Positions 62,101 to 64,000 of a stretch of 64,000 nucleotides of DNA are shown here, piece by piece. Source of the DNA: a virus. Lineage: Duplodnaviria > Heunggongvirae > Uroviricota > Caudoviricetes. The translations under genes were made by a program, and so were the position numbers. Where the stretch lies: IMG/VR virus record IMGVR_UViG_3300037418_003161, positions 32,001-96,000 of that record; one strand, given 5' to 3'. A model generated the notes under the pieces. That model made no database searches. It was given only the letters and a program-made list of their open reading frames with translations, and had not been told where the DNA came from. Position 1 is the stretch's first letter. Every line of letters begins with the position of its first letter.

Positions 62101-64000
62101 TTGGCTTCGATATGGGCCAGTTGCTTGATGGCAGCAAAATTTTCCAAACCTGAATAAACCGAGGCAATGTAGGCCCGTTCATAAAATTCATAAAAGACAT
62201 TGATGGCCGTCTTACTCAGATACGGACTCACCTTATCGTATGTCCACGTACTAGTCTCTGCGTAGTTAAGGTTTTTACCATCGTCTTGTGGAAACACATC
62301 GGTCACATCGTTTAAGTGGGCTTCCTTGTGTACAAGAGCGTCTTGTAATTCGGCTGAGGCCCGGTAGTATTCTTCCACAAAGGACACCTCCGGCCACAAC
62401 CGTCCGTCATAAGAACGCAATTGGGAGCGCACCGAAATGTCACCGGGATAAACCAATACGTTTGGTTTGTCAGTGCCGTTTTTCATTACAATTTGCGGAA
62501 AGGGAAAGAGCTTTTCATTCACATCCGTTATCACATCAGCCCTTTCTTTGGCAACCCCGATGGCCTTTTCGTGTACCTCACTCATCAGGCGTAAAAACGC
62601 ATCCGCTCCGGCCAACACAATCGCAAAGATGTTGCGGGTAGTGGGTTCAAAGCCCAAACCGGATTTGGATTTTACCTGAATATTAATTTGTTCATTTAAC
62701 GCTGCTTCCACCGGGATGCGGTTTTTGATGTAGGCGTTTTTTATGGTGTTGATTTGGCTCAGGATGTTGTCAATGGAAATGTAGGTTACGTTGTTAACCT
62801 TTTCAGTGTAGTTGTTTTTGATGTTAACCGCAACGGTTTGGGGGATAATTTTTTTATTGGCTTTGGGTGGAGTGCGTTGTTCGCCAAAGGCATTGTTTTC
62901 ATTTAGTCGTGGAACATAGGTTGTAATGATTTTATCAATTGCAGCCAAGACTTCGGCCAACTTATTTTCAAACTGTTTGGCTAAGCGAAAATAGGTTTTT
63001 TTACTTTGCAGTTCCCCCGTTGGGGTGGTGTCCAAATAGCTGCGGGTGGCTTCTATGTGTTGTGAAAAATAATCCAAATCCGATTCAAAAGCGTCCATAT
63101 CCGACAGCACTTTGGCATCAATCACATCGGCAAAAAAATTATTTTCCAAAAGAGAGGTTATCTTTTCAGATTTAACCACCAGTTCATGTAGGGTCATATA
63201 GGGGAAATCCTTGGGGATAATTCCGTTGGTTTTGTATTCGTCGAACACCTGTTTTAAAATCTCCATACCCTTTGACGTATTGTAAACTTGGGTGGATGAT
63301 TTTACCGTGGTATCCGCAACGGTACGGGACTTGTCGGCAATGGTGTTTTGTTGTGGATACATGTGCGGAACAGACATAATGTATTGCACCTTGATGTCGC
63401 TTAATAGCGGGGTGATGGCCCCCAAAAAGTCACACACCACTTCGTAATTTCCCGATGAACTGTCAAACCTTGCGTTGAAGTTTTTCAAAGCCAGTTGGTA
63501 GCGCACCGCTTTACCATAAAACCCCTTCATGGTCAGATAAAAAATAGGATAGGGTAAGTGGAAAAACGCTTTGTAGGGAGAATTGTCCGGGGACTCAAAC
63601 AGGGTCTTTCCCCGCACATCAATGAACTTGATGGTGACTTGCGGAATCCCGGCAGCAGTCAGTTTAACCATAACACTTTCGATACCGAAAGTTTGGGAGG
63701 TGGCAGAATGGTACATCACACTTCCTTTGTCCAGCGCAGCACTTTGTATATCCGACCACGAAGTGTCAAATACATCAGCACCATCGGGCTTCATAAAATT
63801 GATGTTCCCCTTCCACAGTGATACAATGGAGGTTTTGGATAAATTGCTATCCCCGGCCAAATTCACACGACTTCTTGGTATGATTTCCGCTTCCAAGTTG
63901 ACGTACATAACCAGTTTTTCGTGTTGTACCAATCGTTGTTTAACCACCCCATCGTCAATGAGGCTGTTGGGGTCTAGGTACAAAACGTTTTGTTCATCCG
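59187..64000 (-). CDS. Large baseplate hub-like protein, 5' end outside the window
   Basis: Frame is open to the window edge; C-terminal 'YTCEVTMLGNVMIQP...GAYLIYEVRHEI...TTFTG' is typical of gp27/GPD-like hub C-termini. Confidence 0.6.
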   Translation of the reverse strand, partial: DEQNVLYLDPNSLIDDGVVKQRLVQHEKLVMYVNLEAEIIPRSRVNLAGDSNLSKTSIVSLWKGNINFMKPDGADVFDTSWSDIQSAALDKGSVMYHSATSQTFGIESVMVKLTAAGIPQVTIKFIDVRGKTLFESPDNSPYKAFFHLPYPIFYLTMKGFYGKAVRYQLALKNFNARFDSSSGNYEVVCDFLGAITPLLSDIKVQYIMSVPHMYPQQNTIADKSRTVADTTVKSSTQVYNTSKGMEILKQVFDEYKTNGIIPKDFPYMTLHELVVKSEKITSLLENNFFADVIDAKVLSDMDAFESDLDYFSQHIEATRSYLDTTPTGELQSKKTYFRLAKQFENKLAEVLAAIDKIITTYVPRLNENNAFGEQRTPPKANKKIIPQTVAVNIKNNYTEKVNNVTYISIDNILSQINTIKNAYIKNRIPVEAALNEQINIQVKSKSGLGFEPTTRNIFAIVLAGADAFLRLMSEVHEKAIGVAKERADVITDVNEKLFPFPQIVMKNGTDKPNVLVYPGDISVRSQLRSYDGRLWPEVSFVEEYYRASAELQDALVHKEAHLNDVTDVFPQDDGKNLNYAETSTWTYDKVSPYLSKTAINVFYEFYERAYIASVYSGLENFAAIKQLAHIEAKNVKDNVAGVAEVEQKLKANRNLSTLKTELFELSPFKRWENTKDEIFTTKYLLPTQLQDYDLLPVTEETQVDSALYANYSEVHNEISGENGLLVKNLYPINNKLFYRQLQGKEAQSTLNNTDFSVNKVLKVDITHGLLSSNSDIDNWYFGEKNNIFKDANFYHSGITINILNTPFFTNALQKDIPEKNYRRSAYLFLNSLPIVNLYNLFAGSDKYVFAGFNQYAAVHKLPYLFVLKMGSVWNRYKQKTDYLDVFHNNDVEELFDGSAGLTLNLSIDGATKSVAGLDNNVGFYPKYFDMFYGGLNNGQLFFGMTGATTQEYESVIQNRLNHNKLTLYTPKTNSPQIDYFTAYARLTGDTYFLFPSSAGLHLDKFNSIKNYQNLTTRIYLDEVNVAELSFDGFTAPKQNEYFRSSSRDDFSFDANYYKALDLLATFKPQILDLFEEVFLEFCGTKGDLTMQSILKSLCTLTTTFSDPLIGFKTVQEQVCEDLSKKLIEQYYHLKIANPKEINLKTLNNFIEHSEAFHLPHFNPTQVDSTTNEDLKNIIGEDFDGHYLKFFQTYNLSFDKDNFTKFRMLVRYYGGLKERGISDASFVTSVRTLANSYQNKLNEFVTTAFEDLNKINLTQVRDLPLSLQGFNDNQTIKLELYNTFKTFNDRWVGGNIIADKTLMNDFLFLDRANRDIGQKTFVNLFRLQNILNDNNGNMRLDGLIGELLKDTGFNFIPLPAYVNFYGITEVGDTGRPRYSSSQIATDLFGTFLEVDYLNTSPKFLCQYVGLSSSHLNMNGVSKDYKFSNDSFDMSNIVENPVAGKLETSKTARFDKSNRVVCFEVNFGDQAQGIFKDISLDQANFKDTAESFRILEELANSNLAHVGTELFSVYKNRSYTCEVTMLGNVMIQPTMYFQLRNVPMFAGAYLIYEVRHEIRNNQVVTTFTGSRISKFDLPELDEVMISTNKIIYQRLLNRAKSYQSK

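Noticed and set aside
1-64000. Stop-codon reassignment as in some large phages
   Set aside because: Genes are long and intact under the standard code, and both TAG (e.g. 44165, 46791) and TGA (e.g. 31081) act as stops at sensible gene ends

Overview
This window is a 64-kb segment of a large tailed-phage (jumbo myovirus-like) genome that uses the standard genetic code, with almost all genes on the minus strand. The host is probably a Bacteroidota member: TTTG-N18-21-TAnnTTTG promoters are present and Shine-Dalgarno sites are almost absent. It has four parts. (i) A left end with a short GIY-YIG gene, a RuvC-like resolvase and small IxE-leader proteins. (ii) A ~45-kb baseplate/fibre module (gp25-like, gp6/J-like, wedge-like, tail-collar-like), dominated by giant Thr/Pro-rich mucin-like proteins built from shuffled modules. 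One is a 2693-aa wedge-like protein fused to deacetylase-like, GH-A glycosidase and esterase domains; another ends in a Hint domain. (iii) A plus-strand island encoding a lipoprotein metalloprotease and hypotheticals, ending in a candidate small RNA. (iv) A replication/recombination block (class II RNR, DnaB-like, 5'-3' exonuclease, RecA-like, gp32-like SSB), followed by a partial baseplate-hub-like gene. The most notable signals are a putative ~55-nt sRNA whose 5' part is complementary to a motif at the start regions of five DNA-metabolism-block genes, the multi-enzyme baseplate protein, and a pervasive [S/T]GxT motif with T/P tracts suggesting a glycosylated virion. All functional calls come from motif recognition by eye; no database searches were run.
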